A DNA stretch of 64,000 bases from Octopus vulgaris (lineage: Eukaryota): the NCBI GenBank assembly GCA_951406725.2, contig OX597815.1, positions 158,286,001 to 158,350,000 on the forward strand, in the 5' to 3' direction. The notes beneath the pieces are model-generated. The model saw only the letters and a list, made by a program, of their open reading frames with translations. It was not told where the DNA came from and made no database searches. Made by a program: the position numbers and the translations under genes. Numbering within the stretch: position 1 is the first letter of the stretch; each line of letters opens with the position of its first letter. Positions 26,903-39,789 of the stretch are shown here, piece after piece.

Positions 26903-27647
26903 ATATATATATGTATGTATGTGTGTGTGTATAAATACATCTAACGTCCAACTAAGGAACTATTGACCAACGTAACGAGGACCTATTTAAACAAGAGTAT
27001 AAATTTATGCAGTTTTTCAGCATATGTTGTCGTATTTTGTTTCCCTAAATTCCTGATTTTTGGGAGGAACATGATATCTTTCCTCACCATATTCCATGGG
27101 AAATAAATGACATCGCTGACATTCAGCTCAATGTAAAATAGTCAATTGACGGCATTTACTAAATATAAAACAACAACAACATAAAAAAAAACAGTGTTGG
27201 CGGGGTGAGGGTGAATCATAGTCTTGACAGAGAATTTGACATATGCAGCGATTAAAGTATGAAATAACAAATTCATTTGAGATACGAGAACCAACAGGTT
27301 ATTTGGGTTACTAATCACAAAACAGTATATGTAGTTGAAATTGTATAATTCCTGCTTACCATTCGTACACACACACCCACACGCGCGCATATACACACAT
27401 ACGCACATGCATGCATGCATACATGCTTACATACATGCATACATACATATATGCATACAGGCATGCATACATACATGCATGCATGTATATATGCATACAT
27501 GCATGCATGCAAGCGCACGCATACACATATACATGTGTGTGTATGGGTATATATATGTATGTGTGTGGATGTATACACACACATATATATATATATGTAT
27601 ATATATATATGTATATATATATTTATATATATATATGTATATATATG

Positions 27648-27693
<46 letters not shown>

Positions 27694-27747
27694 CATATAT
27701 ATATGTATATATATGTATATATATATGTATATATACATACATATATA

Positions 27748-27790
<43 letters not shown>

Positions 27791-27830
27791 GTACACACAT
27801 AAATATTCATATGTATGTGCATGTGTGTTT
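26338..27830. repeat. Compound (TA)/(TATG)/(TCTA) microsatellite fields
   Basis: Low-complexity runs at 26340-26430, 26540-26935 and 27365-27830. Confidence 0.9.
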
Positions 27831-28104
27831 GTGTTTATATATAACATACACTCGTACAAACACGAACACATACGCATACATACACATGCACATATACAAA
27901 CACATGGATGACTCACTAATTGTAAGGAATGCACTCAAAAATCGTCATCAGTAACGATTTTTACCAAGGCATCATCACCTTCATTACCATGACAATGAAG
28001 ACAATGGCATTTCACAGTTTTGATTGCGCAACTCTGTGAGATGTTTGGTACCAATTCTGTACCAAACAATTATATAGACTAAAACCATGATCTATACGGA
28101 TATA

Positions 28105-28697
28105 TTATCTTCTTTCTTTATTGCCCACAAGGGACTAAACATAGAGGAGACAAACAAGGACAGACAAAAGGATTAAGTCGATTACACCGACCCCATTGCG
28201 TAACTGGTACTTATTTAATCGACTCCGAATGGATGAAAGGCCAAGTCGACCTTGGCGGAATTTGAACACAGAACGTAGCCGCAGACGAAATATTTATTTC
28301 TTTACTACCCACAAGGGGCTAAACACAGAAGGGTCAAACAAGGACAGACTAACGGATTAAGTCGATTACATCGACCCAGCACGTAACTGGTACTTATTTA
28401 ATCGACCCCGAAAGGGTGAGAAGGCAAAGTCGACCTCAGCGGAATTTGAACTCAGAACGTAGCGGCAGACGAAATACCTATTTCTTTACTACCCACAAGG
28501 GGCTAAACACAGAAGGAACAAACAAGGACAGACAAAGGGATTAAGTCGATTACACTGACCCCCAGTACGTAACTGGTACTTAATTTATCAGCCCCGAAAG
28601 GATGAAAGGCAAAGTCGACCCCGACGGAATTTGAACTCAGAACGTAACGGCAGGCGAAATACCGCTAAGGATTTCGCCCGGCGTGCTAACGTTCTGC
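28105..28697 (-). mobile_element. SINE family A trimer
   Basis: Three AAGTCGACC...GGAATTTGAAC units with a head ending GCCCGGCGTGCTAAC. Confidence 0.9.
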
Positions 28698-29455
28698 AAT
28701 TTCATAAATAACCACCTGTTTGCTGAACAGAACTGTGTTAGGTACTCGCTTCATATTATTACCCTCACCGTATGAGTAACCCGTATTAAACTTTTTAAAT
28801 ATACTTGTTAAAATTTCGGAGCGGCAGAACGCTGTTCCCATAGTGACCAAAAAAACCTTTAATGAATTTCATCCCCTGATACACTTCCAGTACAGAGAAA
28901 ACGGGTAACCAGACGTTACTGTTGTTTGGAGCAAATACATATGTGACCAGGATTACCGTACTAGCAAAAACTTAATTGGCACATAAATACGCGAATGTCA
29001 GTGTATGTATGTATGTATGTATGTATATATATGTATGTATGTGTGTATGTATGTATGTATGTATGTATGTATGTATGTATTTATGTATGTATGTATGCAT
29101 GAATGTGTAAGACAAATTCGAACATGCATCGAGGTTACTGGAAGGAGACCGTGTTTATTGATGCGTGCACAAATAATTTTCCCACCAATAAGGAAAATTC
29201 TATATTTATGTGCATGGCTGATAATTGATCGCTCACCTTAGAGTGTGTTTGTGCGTATGTGTGTACACACACACACAAACATACACGCACACACACACAC
29301 AAATTCACTCATTGATGACTCATTAATTATCATTTATGCACTTATAATTTTTCTATTAATGGGAATTTACATGCACACTCTCATATACACACATACACAC
29401 ACCCATATATATATACATATACATTTACATATATATATACGCATACACACACATG

Positions 29456-29489
<34 letters not shown>

Positions 29490-29536
29490 GATATACATAC
29501 AGCCCTTAGTTTTCGTATGTAATTATATATCTGGTG

Positions 29537-29579
<43 letters not shown>

Positions 29580-29616
29580 TATACATACAGCTCTAGTTTT
29601 CGTATGTAATTATATA

Positions 29617-29695
<79 letters not shown>

Positions 29696-29989
29696 GCATG
29701 ATGCATGTATACACATATGAGCATAAATATACTCACATAAACTTACAGACATACACTAACACATATGTATGTGTGCTTGCATATGTGTCTGTGCCTGTAT
29801 AAGTTGCAAGGATGACTTCGGCCATGCAATTTCGAGTTCATTTCAAAAGCGTTGTACCTTGTATATGTGTCTTGTACTATAGTTTCGGGTACACTAATGT
29901 CTTGTAAGCAAGTGTACTATGCGGAAACTGTAGAATCCGTCGTCGTATATATACGGTCATACATATATATGTGTCCATATAAGTATGTA

Positions 29990-30414
29990 TACTCTTTACT
30001 CTTTTACTCTTTTAATTGTTTCAGTCATTTGACTGCGGCCATGCTGGAGCACCGCCTTTAGTCGAGCAAATCGACCCCGGGACTTATTCTTTGTAAGCCC
30101 AGTACTTATTCTATCGGTCTCTTTTGCCGAACCGCTAGGTGACGGGGACGTAAACACACCAGCATCGGTTGTCAAGCAATGCTAGGGAGACAAACACAGA
30201 CACACAAACATATACACACACATACATATATATATATATATACATATATACGACAGGCTTCTTTCAGTTTCCGTCTACCAAATCCACTCACAAGGCATTG
30301 GTCGGCCCGAGGCTATAGCAGAAGACACTTGCCCAAGATGCCACGCAGTGGGACTGAACCCGAAACCATGTGGTTGGTAAGCAAGCTACTTATCACACAG
30401 CTACTCCTGCGCCT
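29990..30414 (-). mobile_element. SINE family B, full length
   Basis: Near-identical reverse complement of 54387-54785. Confidence 0.92.
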
Positions 30415-30491
30415 ATGTATGTATGTATGTATGTATGTATGTATGTATGTATGTATGTATGTATGTATGTATGTATGTACGTATGTGTATG

Positions 30492-30737
30492 TCAGGTCAC
30501 TTTCGAGTGCTACTGGTAACATGTAACCCAGTACAACCTGTTGCATGGTCGGGTCGTCGGCGACCAAACCGGCAACCCCACCAAGCTTGCTTGGTGAGGA
30601 GTGTGTTTATAGGACACCCTGCGGGATGTAAAACAAAACCCGTCAAAGGGCGGAGGAGCTCTTGAGAGTCAACGGCCATCCAATAAATGTCTTAATGATG
30701 TATCATGCGTGGGGACATAGAAATAATCGGACTGAAT
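30492..30737 (+). mobile_element. Probable LINE (RTE-like) 5' UTR fragment
   Basis: GC-rich and hairpin-rich; diverged second copy at 38296-38425. The RTE label is inference. Confidence 0.45.
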
Positions 30738-30753
30738 GTACGTATGTATATAT

Positions 30754-30802
<49 letters not shown>

Positions 30803-30829
30803 CGGTAATAAGCTAGACCCTCAACAGTA

Positions 30830-31046
30830 CGAGGGAGTGCTGAAAGGTACCTGACTTTAAGGGCATCGCGAAAGGCTTTGTTGAAGGCCCAAACATCCGA
30901 GTTCTCTTACAGGGTTTGGAAAATCTGAAGGACCGCTGCAATATGTGCGGGAATCTGAGAGGGGAATAAGTTGAATAAAATAATAATTAACAGATCCTTC
31001 TGTATTTTCTCTTACTCAAAGCCAGGAATTTTTCAGGACTCCTTCG
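30830..31046 (+). mobile_element. Mariner-derived MITE
   Basis: TA-CGAGGGAGTGCTGAAAGG...TTCAGGACTCCTTCG-TA; retains the mariner C-terminal RCN.C.NLRGE*VE* relic. Confidence 0.8.
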
Positions 31047-31651
31047 TATATCCTGTGAAAGAAGCTTGCCTGCATATTACATAAAATGATCCTTAAGACT
31101 AACGTGTGTTCAAAATAAAAGGTAGAAAAAGCATAAATTTCTCGGATAGATTATAAGTTAATTGCAACAGCTGTTTCAACAAGAGTATACATAACCAATC
31201 AAATAATTACATCATTAACATACATAGCTAATGAAAATTAATTTAAATTTAATTAATTCAAAGCGAGCTTTATGCCTAATTATCACGAATACTAACAGTT
31301 TTGCTAACTATAAATTATAATTTATCCATAAATTTTAATAATAGTTCTAAAATGTAAACTTTTCTCGAATTGACTTTTAATTCAAAATCTGGGCTTTGTT
31401 ATCTATATCATAAACATAATAAGCTCTATATTATATAATTTAAACAATTTAATCATTCTAGATCCATTATAAATAGTTTAGTTTAAAATATTTCAATGAG
31501 AGTTTCTAATCTTTCAGCTAATGAAAGGGTCTTTACTAACTCAGTATACTATAATGATACTTTATGATGAGAAAATAAAATGTATACTTAGCACTAAGCG
31601 TAAACTTCTACGTAATCAAATTTAAAATCTTATCAATATTAATACCCCTTC

Positions 31652-31857
31652 AGGCGGTGAGCTGGCAGAATCGTTAGCACGCTGAGCTTAGCGGTATTTC
31701 GTCTGCCGTTACGTTCTGAGTTGAAATTCCGCCGAGGTTGACTTTGCCTTTCATCCTTTCGAAGTCGATAAATTAAGTACCAGTTGCGTACTAAGGTCGA
31801 TCTAATCGACTAGTCCCCTCTCCCCAAATTTCGAGCCTTGTGCCCAGAATAGAAAAG
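31652..31857 (+). mobile_element. SINE family A with TSD
   Basis: Flanked by AATATTAATA(C/A)C(C/T)CTT. Confidence 0.9.
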
Positions 31858-31986
31858 AATATTAATAACTCTTCTAACGTCAAGATAAAAAAATCTAAAA
31901 AGCATATAAATTAATTATATTCCGTGAGAAATACTAATAGGCAATGTGCCTGCAATTTTACAAACATGAATATAGAATATTGAATA

Positions 31987-32191
31987 TAGTAAGCCCTTGC
32001 CATATCGCGGTTCACCTATCACGCACTCAGTACATCGCAGGTTTTTCTGGCTAATATTTGTATATTTATATCGCGAACTCCTCAGTATATTCAAATTTCT
32101 GCGGCTGATAGGTATTTATATTTTTTAATTTTTTTATTATTTCTGCGGGAGGCTTTGGAACGTAACATCCGCGATAGTCTAGGGATTACTG
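31987..32191. mobile_element. Tigger/pogo-like MITE
   Basis: TIRs TAGTAAGCCCTTGCCATATCGCGG / CCGCGATAGTCTAGGGATTACTG. Confidence 0.7.
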
Positions 32192-32443
32192 TGCTTCTAT
32201 TGACAGAGATAAATATAACTGTTCTCCGTTTTTTCCTATAAATAATCCTACGAATTTCTCTAAATATAAAAATAAAACGAAATCCTCGTTGACTAAACTT
32301 AGTAGCTCCATTACAAGTAATAATTATATTTTTGCAAATTATGATCAGATATCACATGAAAATAGTAGCTTAATAACCAACTTTTCTATTGCACTTCCAT
32401 ACACATTAAATCTAAGATATTTAAAAGTAACAAAAATTAGAAT

Positions 32444-32656
32444 ATTTCGTTTTTGCATTTGGTTTGCAAGATTCTTTATGTGAGTTCGTGTGTTGAAGTA
32501 TATTCTGTTGTGTCTGAGGAGAGTCATTTTCTTTTTGTGCCTTATAATATAACACACTTACCGGTAAAATTTCCACTTTTTCCGTATTTTTATTTTCCGA
32601 ATTTTGCCGGTGATTGTGTTATAAGGCACAAAAAGAGAATGACTCTCCCCAGACAC
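32444..32656. mobile_element. Fold-back insertion (inverted pLTR-like) with 15-bp TSD
   Basis: 32506-32571 is the inverted repeat of 32600-32660; AACAAAAATTAGAAT at 32429-32443 and 32657-32671. Confidence 0.75.
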
Positions 32657-32929
32657 AACAAAAATTAGAATGGTATTTCAAATATCGATAGTAGAAAGCA
32701 TTGTAATTCCCAATCTACACGTACTAAATATATGTCTCTTTCTAATTTATCTTCTTCAGTAATAAATAATTCTTCTATAATCCATAATAGTGGCCTATCA
32801 TTGATCTGTAATGGCCGAAATATAAAAATGTAATATTACCTGGTATAATGCTCCATTTAAAAGATCTGCGAAAACGAAAACTACTCACTTAAATTTAAAG
32901 ATTCAATATATGTATGTATTTATGAGTGT

Positions 32930-33140
32930 GTGTGTCTTTGTGTCTATGTGGGCGTTTCCCCCACCATCGCTTCACAACCGATGTTAGAGTTTCCGTCCCC
33001 GTAACCTAGCGGGTTGGAAGAGGCACCGATAGAATAAGTACTAGGCTTACAGAGAATAAGTTCTTGGGTAGATTTGTTCGACTAAAACCTTTTAAGGCGG
33101 TACTCCAGCATGGCCGCAATCTAATGGCTGAAACAAGTAG
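32930..33140 (+). mobile_element. SINE family B, 3' half
   Basis: CCCCGTAACCTAGCGG...CCAGCATGGCCGCA...GAAACAAGTA. Confidence 0.85.
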
Positions 33141-33164
33141 CAGAATGTATGTATATATGAATGT

Positions 33165-33213
<49 letters not shown>

Positions 33214-33293
33214 GATGTATATATATGTATATATATATAGATGTATGTATATGTATATATATTCATATGCATACATGTGTGTATGTATGTATG

Positions 33294-33330
<37 letters not shown>

Positions 33331-34399
33331 TATATACACACATACACATGCACATACACGTGCGCACGCTTGCACACACATACACCTGATTCTATCACTC
33401 TCACTAGTATTTAAACCAGCAACAGATTACACCTTTTGTAATCGGTTGTGTTCCCGAAAATTTTGGATAAACATTGCTTTAAATTAAATTTTAATTTTAA
33501 TAAATTGATATTGATTATGTGTCTTAATTGCATAATTATAGAATTAATTATGTTTATTCCTAATGAAACAGCTACTGCAAGTAAATTAAATTATCTGTCT
33601 ATCTATCCATTTATCTATAAACATACATATGAATATACATACATACATACATATATACATACATACATATATATACACACATATATATATGAATGTATGT
33701 TTATACTAAATTAGTGACTGGCTATAAGCAGTTTAATTTGCAAATTAGGACAATTGTTATTATTATCCTAATTTAGTGTACAGAATACAACACAGTAATG
33801 TAAGTATCAGTATATACAAAATATATACTCACGTACACACACGTATGTATACGTGTGAATAATTATATAAATATATAAGTGTGTGTACGCGCGCGCGCAC
33901 ACTCACTCACACACAAGTTTGAATGTGTTTGTGGAGATTCTGGATGTGAATATTTACGTTGAAAAGAGATACTGTTGTTCAATGAGAAAGGTCAATTTCC
34001 CATTAAAAGTACAACCACTAGTGGAGCTCAAAAAATTCATATGGAATTTATAACATTTGAGTGAAACACGGACAGTGCGCAGCAGTTATTTAGGTCGGTC
34101 CAGTGGCCTGCTACGCAGAAGCATACACAGTATGCAAACCACTTCTTCACACATGTCTGACCGACTCAGTGAAGTCGTATGTCGGATATGTAAATCTCAG
34201 TCTGACTTACTAGAAAAAAGCGGGAACTCTCGAGTAGTAGGCCACTTGATCCTCCTCTGAATAATATATATATATATATAGGTGTACTAGCCATCTGAAT
34301 GTGGCTAGCCACTGTAGCACTGTAGTACACCTTACGTTGTCGAGCGGTTACTGTTTATATCTCGTTCAGAGTTTTATTTATATATATATATATATATAT

Positions 34400-34614
34400 T
34401 CTTTTATTTTTTTATTCTTTTATTTTAGTCATTTGACAGCAGCCATGCTGGAGCACTGCCTTTAGTCGAACAAATCAACCCCAGGACTTATTCTTTGTAA
34501 GCCAAGTACTTATTCTCCCATACCTTTTGCCGAATCGCTAAGTTATGGGAACGTAAACACACCAACATCGGTTGTCAAGCGATGGTTGGGGACAAACACA
34601 GACACACAAACATG

Positions 34615-34650
<36 letters not shown>

Positions 34651-34865
34651 TATGACAGGCTTCTTTCAGTTTCTGTTTATCAAATCCACTCACAAGGCTT
34701 TGGTCGGCTGTAGTAGAAGGCTATAGTAGAAGACTATAGTAGAAGACATTTGCCCAAGGTGCCATGCAGTGGGATTGAACCCGGAATCATGTGGTTGGTA
34801 AGTAAGCTACTTACCACACAGCCACTCCTGCAACTATACCTCCTTACCACACAGCCACTCTTGCG

Positions 34866-34868
<3 letters not shown>
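34400..34868 (-). mobile_element. SINE family B, full length
   Basis: Reverse complement of family B with small internal duplications. Confidence 0.9.
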
Positions 34869-34915
<47 letters not shown>

Positions 34916-34924
<9 letters not shown>

Positions 34925-35757
34925 TTAATAAGGGTGAGAGAATTAGATACTAATTTAATAGTATATCCATTCAACACCAAGTGGCCTAGTGCTCCGAGAA
35001 ACCTGGATTATTATAATATTTTATAATATATTATAATATTTTTACAAAATAAATATAAGAGAGTGGTCACTATATGGCTCACCCTAGCACTAGTTAATCC
35101 AAAAGGTTTCAACCACAAAAATACATGTTTCCCATGAAAGTCAGTACGATTGTTAGCTCACACGGACAGGGCAAATAAAAAATAACAAAAATACGGATTA
35201 TTTTGGGACAATTGTTTCGCTATTAATGAATTAAATGTAATTTTACTTACAAAAAAATCCACTTGTAGCTCGTCAGCCAAAACTATCTGGATGAAATCCA
35301 CTCAATCACACGCCAGATTTTACCATAACGATAAATACACGTGTGGTTCAATTGATTACATCCGACGTTATAATTCAAATGCCCCAACTAACAGCGCGCC
35401 AAGCTTTCACGGAAAACAAATACTGCATTTAGAAATAAATGCAGCATAATTATAATTAATTAATAAGGGTGAGAGAATTAGATACTAATTTAATAGTATA
35501 TCCATTCAACACCAAGTGGCCTAGTGCTCCGAGAAACCTGGATTATTATAATATTTTATAATATATTATAATATTTTTACAAAATAAATATAAGAGAGTG
35601 GTCACTATATGGCTCACCCTAGCACTAGTTAATCCAAAAGGTTTCAACCACAAAAATACATGTTTCCCATGAAAGTCAGTACGATTGTTAGCTCACACGG
35701 ACAGGGCAAATAAAAAATAACAAAAATACGGATTATTTTGGGACAATTGTTTCGCTA
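34916..35757 (-). mobile_element. Hammerhead-containing tandem repeat (non-LTR retrozyme or mini-PLE-like), period 535 bp
   Basis: 34916-35222 repeats at 35451-35757 with no difference seen by eye; (TA)n on both sides; no ORF. Confidence 0.85.
35201..35282 (-). ncRNA. Type I hammerhead ribozyme, intact core
   Basis: Minus strand: TTTTGG-CTGACGA-GCTA-[43 nt]-TAGC-GAAAC-AATT-GTC^CCAAAA; all three helices pair. Confidence 0.88.
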
Positions 35758-36234
<477 letters not shown>

Positions 36235-36258
36235 CATATACATACATACATACATATA

Positions 36259-36460
36259 TTTACTTGTTTCAGTTATTAGACCGCGGTCATACTGGAGCAC
36301 GACCATAAAGAATTTTTAGTCGATTGTATCGACTCCAGTACATCTTTTTTTTAAGCCTGGTACTTATTCTCTCATCTCTTTTGCCGAACCGCTAGGTTAC
36401 GGGGACCTAAACACACCACCACCAGTTGACAAGCGGTGGAAGGCAAAGAAACAGGTGTAA
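36259..36460 (-). mobile_element. SINE family B, 3' half
   Basis: TACTTGTTTCAG...TTTGCCGAACCGCTAGGTTACGGGGAC. Confidence 0.8.
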
Positions 36461-36606
36461 AGACAAACAGATATTGACAACACACACACTCTCTCTCTCT
36501 CTCTCTCTCTCTTTCTATTTGTCTGTGTCTGTCTGTCTGTGTCTGTCTGTCTCTCTCTCTTTCTCACACACACACACACAAACAACTTATGATTAACCAT
36601 ATTGGG

Positions 36607-36751
36607 CAGCCATAGGCAAACTTCTGCCTTCAGATCTTTCTGAATAGTACGTCTAAAGAAAATTATCTTGAATCTTCTTCGTTGTACGGCCCACCAGATG
36701 CTGAACTATATCTCATGCGGCCCACTTCTCGAAAACAGTTGCCCATGCCTG
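36607..36751. mobile_element. hAT-like MITE
   Basis: CAGCCATAGGCAAACTT / AGTTGCCCATGCCTG TIR pair; TSD not clear. Confidence 0.6.
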
Positions 36752-37436
36752 ACATGGACCTAGAAAGGAAATATATTCACATCTTTACATTTCTATATGT
36801 TAAGCGCCTGTATACATGATTATGCGTGCATAAATAAATAACTTGATATTTTTATAGCTTTTTATTTATAGTATTATTAGTAATGTACATCCGTTTTCTT
36901 GAAATTCGGTATTGTCGTATACAAATTAGAATGTTTTTTGAATATATATTATTAACTTAATCATTATTCATTACAAAACCAGGTTTCAGTGTGTGAATAC
37001 ATGTGTTAGAATACAAATATAGCCACTCACTCAACAACAGAAGCGGATAGTGTGACAAAGAGGAAAAGAGAAAGGGAGTAAGAAAGGAAGAAAGAAAGGG
37101 ATAAATATAAGCATGGAGGGAGCTAGCAGAAGAGATATATTGCCAAAGAGAGTGATCAGACGGCATAGAGGGAAAAAGTGCAAGAAGGTGAAGTGTAACT
37201 GGCGTGAACTGAGGATGAAAAGGAGGAGGAAGATGTGAGGTGAGGAAGAGGCAACGAATATCATGAGAGAGGAAATGAAAACAGAAACTCCCATTAAAAA
37301 ATAGTTAACGAAAGAGAAGGGTCCAAATCACCTTGACTGAGAAAGGAAATATGATAGTTAATGCGTCTGTCTGTCTGTCTGTCTGTCTGTATGTATGTAT
37401 GTATGTCTCCCTCCCTCTTTATTTCTACATGTACAT

Positions 37437-37663
37437 GTTTCTTTATTACCCACAAGGGGCTAAACATAGAGGGGACAAACAAGGACAGACAAAGGGATTA
37501 AGTCGATTACATCGACTCCAGTGCGTAACTGGTACTTAATTTATCGACCCCGAAAGGATGAAAGGCGAAGTGGACCTCGGCGGAATTTGAACTCAGAGCG
37601 TAGCAACGGGCGAAATACCGCGAAGCACTTCGCCCGGCGTGCTAACGTCTCTGCCAGCCCGCC
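37437..37663 (-). mobile_element. SINE family A
   Basis: Full head, core and tail in reverse complement. Confidence 0.9.
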
Positions 37664-38295
37664 ATACATATATGTGTGTGCATGTATGTATGTATGTATG
37701 TATGTATGTATGTATGTATGTATGTATGTATGTATGTATGTATGTATGTGTACGTATGTATGTACGCGTGTATGTATATATGATTATTATATCAAGAGTT
37801 TACTCCTAGTTTCATTCCTTGCTGGTCTGTTCATGACTGTTCCTAGTGAACGGTGCATCCCGAAGAAAAACTCTGAATAGGCTTTCAACTTATCTACTGT
37901 AAACATACTCTGCTTAGAATATTGAATTCTGTATTTAGATAATATAAAGTATGAAATATATTTTAAAGATAATTTACTAACCATGGTATGGTATGGTATA
38001 GTATGTATGTATGTATGTATGTATGTATGTATGTATGTATGTATGTATGTATGTATGTATGTATGTATGTATGTATCTATGTATGTATGCATGTATGTAT
38101 GTGTGTTTTTCTCTTTCTCTTTTAATTTAGAGTAAATTTTGATCGGCCTCTTAGGTTGTGAAGGAAAGTATTTTGTTTTAACCATCATCCTTTAAATCTT
38201 AACGTCTTGCAGATTTTTATAGTCTCAGATATCGTCAAGATTCCAATTTTTAGCCATACTTTGCTCCAAAGTATTATGTATTCTGTTGCTCGTAC

Positions 38296-38425
38296 GTCGA
38301 GTCACTTGGGAGGTCTCTATGGGTGCTTCTAGTAACATGGAATCTAGTACAACCTGTCCATAGTCGGGTCGTCAGCGACTAAAGCAGCATCTGCACTAGA
38401 CGTGCCTGGAGAAGAGGGTTGCTAA
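38296..38425 (+). mobile_element. Diverged copy of the 30492-30737 repeat
   Basis: AGTAACATGG..AGTACAACCTG..GTCGGGTCGTCAGCGACTAAA. Confidence 0.55.
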
Positions 38426-38524
38426 AAACTTTCCAGTCATATACCGACAACAAAACTAAAAGAAAATAACTTAAGGTGACAGACACCTCAGCATGTCCAC
38501 CATCCTACGACTGAAACCCTTATA

Positions 38525-38735
38525 AGAATATTTCTACTAAAGGCACAAGGCCTGACATTTTAGTGGAGAGGACTAGTCGATTACATAGACCCCAGTGTTC
38601 GACTGATACTTATTTTTTCGACCCCGAAAGCATGAAAAGCAAAGTCGACCACGACGGAATTTGAACTCAGAACGTAAAGATGGGCGAAAAGCCGCTAACC
38701 ATTTCGCCCAGCGTGCTAACGGTTTTGCCAGCTCA
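38525..38735 (-). mobile_element. SINE family A
   Basis: AAAGTCGACCACGACGGAATTTGAACTCAG...GCCAGCTC. Confidence 0.88.
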
Positions 38736-39174
38736 TTTTTTTTCTTTTTGCCCGTAGTTCTCTAAGAATGAAATTTGGCTATTAATATAAAAGAAAATGG
38801 GAAAAAGAAAAGGATAACTCCCTTATGGTTGATGGAATTTAAGGTGTGGCTGTATAGAAACTTTTGGGATTAAGTATGTTTTGCTTGAAAGTCGGTTTAG
38901 GTTATTGTATGATGCATAGTAAAGTGGTAGACTGGTTAAAGATGTTAGCTATTTCATTGATATAGGGAAGGTGTATGTAGATGACATGGCTGGAAGTTTG
39001 AAGTTTACGTAATAGGGAGTAATGTCGCTCTCTCTCATTGTGTGTCTGTGTGTGCGCGTGTGTGAAGGGGAAGAAAGCAGTGAATATGTGTGGTGCGATA
39101 TATATACTGGAAATCTATGTGTAGAAATATATACATTACATTCATCCACAGAAAAGAAAAAAAATCATTAAAAC

Positions 39175-39385
39175 GAGCGGGCGTGGTTGGGTGGTTCGAA
39201 GCTTGTTTGCCAACCACATGTTTCCGGCTTCAGTCCCCCATTGTGTGGTACTTTGGCCAAGAGTCTTCTACTATAGTTTTCTACCATAACCGGTGATTTT
39301 ATTTCGTAGATGGAAACTGAAAGACTCTTGTATATCTGGCTGTGTGGTAAGTAGCTTTCAAATGACTGAAACAAGTAAAAGAGTA
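39175..39385 (+). mobile_element. SINE family B fragments, degraded
   Basis: CCAACCACATG..CAGTCCC..GTCTTCTACTATAG, then a head fused directly to the tail. Confidence 0.65.
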
Positions 39386-39397
39386 TATGTATATATA

Positions 39398-39777
39398 CAC
39401 TTGCGTCAGAAATTAATTAGCACTTCTCAAATTTCTACATTAAATAGGTTAAATCAATTAACCTATGAGCTGTTCAAAACGTCTTACGCGATGAGAAAAC
39501 TTAGTATGGTGTGATTTTGGTCCTTGCGAGGCGCTACCTATATCTATTAAACAAAGGAAGAGTTGTCTGCATCCGCACTCCAAGTTGTTGTTGCACTGCT
39601 ATTTCAACATCATAAGGCTGTAGACTCTCAAACTGCTCTGCAAACAAAGTTACGTCATCGTTCTGCGCAACAGTGAACTCGCAACAAAGCAATAGTTCGA
39701 GATAAGGCCACTTGGTGACAGCACATACCTTGAGTGAAGAGCAAATCAAGGGTGCTAATTAATTTCTGACGGTAGTG
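39398..39777. mobile_element. Tc1-type MITE
   Basis: TIRs CACT(TG/AC)CGTCAGAAATTAATTAGCAC with TA on both sides. Confidence 0.9.
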
Positions 39778-39789
39778 TATATATATATA

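Larger units (their letters stand above)
31250..32910 (+). mobile_element. Penelope-like RT/thumb relic (Naiad-type), interrupted by three insertions
   Basis: VNF/LELTFNSKSG..YHKHN..NHSRSIINSLV*NISMRVSNLSANERVF..YYNDTL (31354-31563) and NITWYNAPFKRSAKTK (about 32830-32880). Confidence 0.75.

Noticed and set aside
27940-27962. Minus-strand CTGATGA in a small hairpin (also plus-strand CTGATGA near 10994, 48178 and 59207)
   Set aside because: No matching GAAA, helix III or NUH site.
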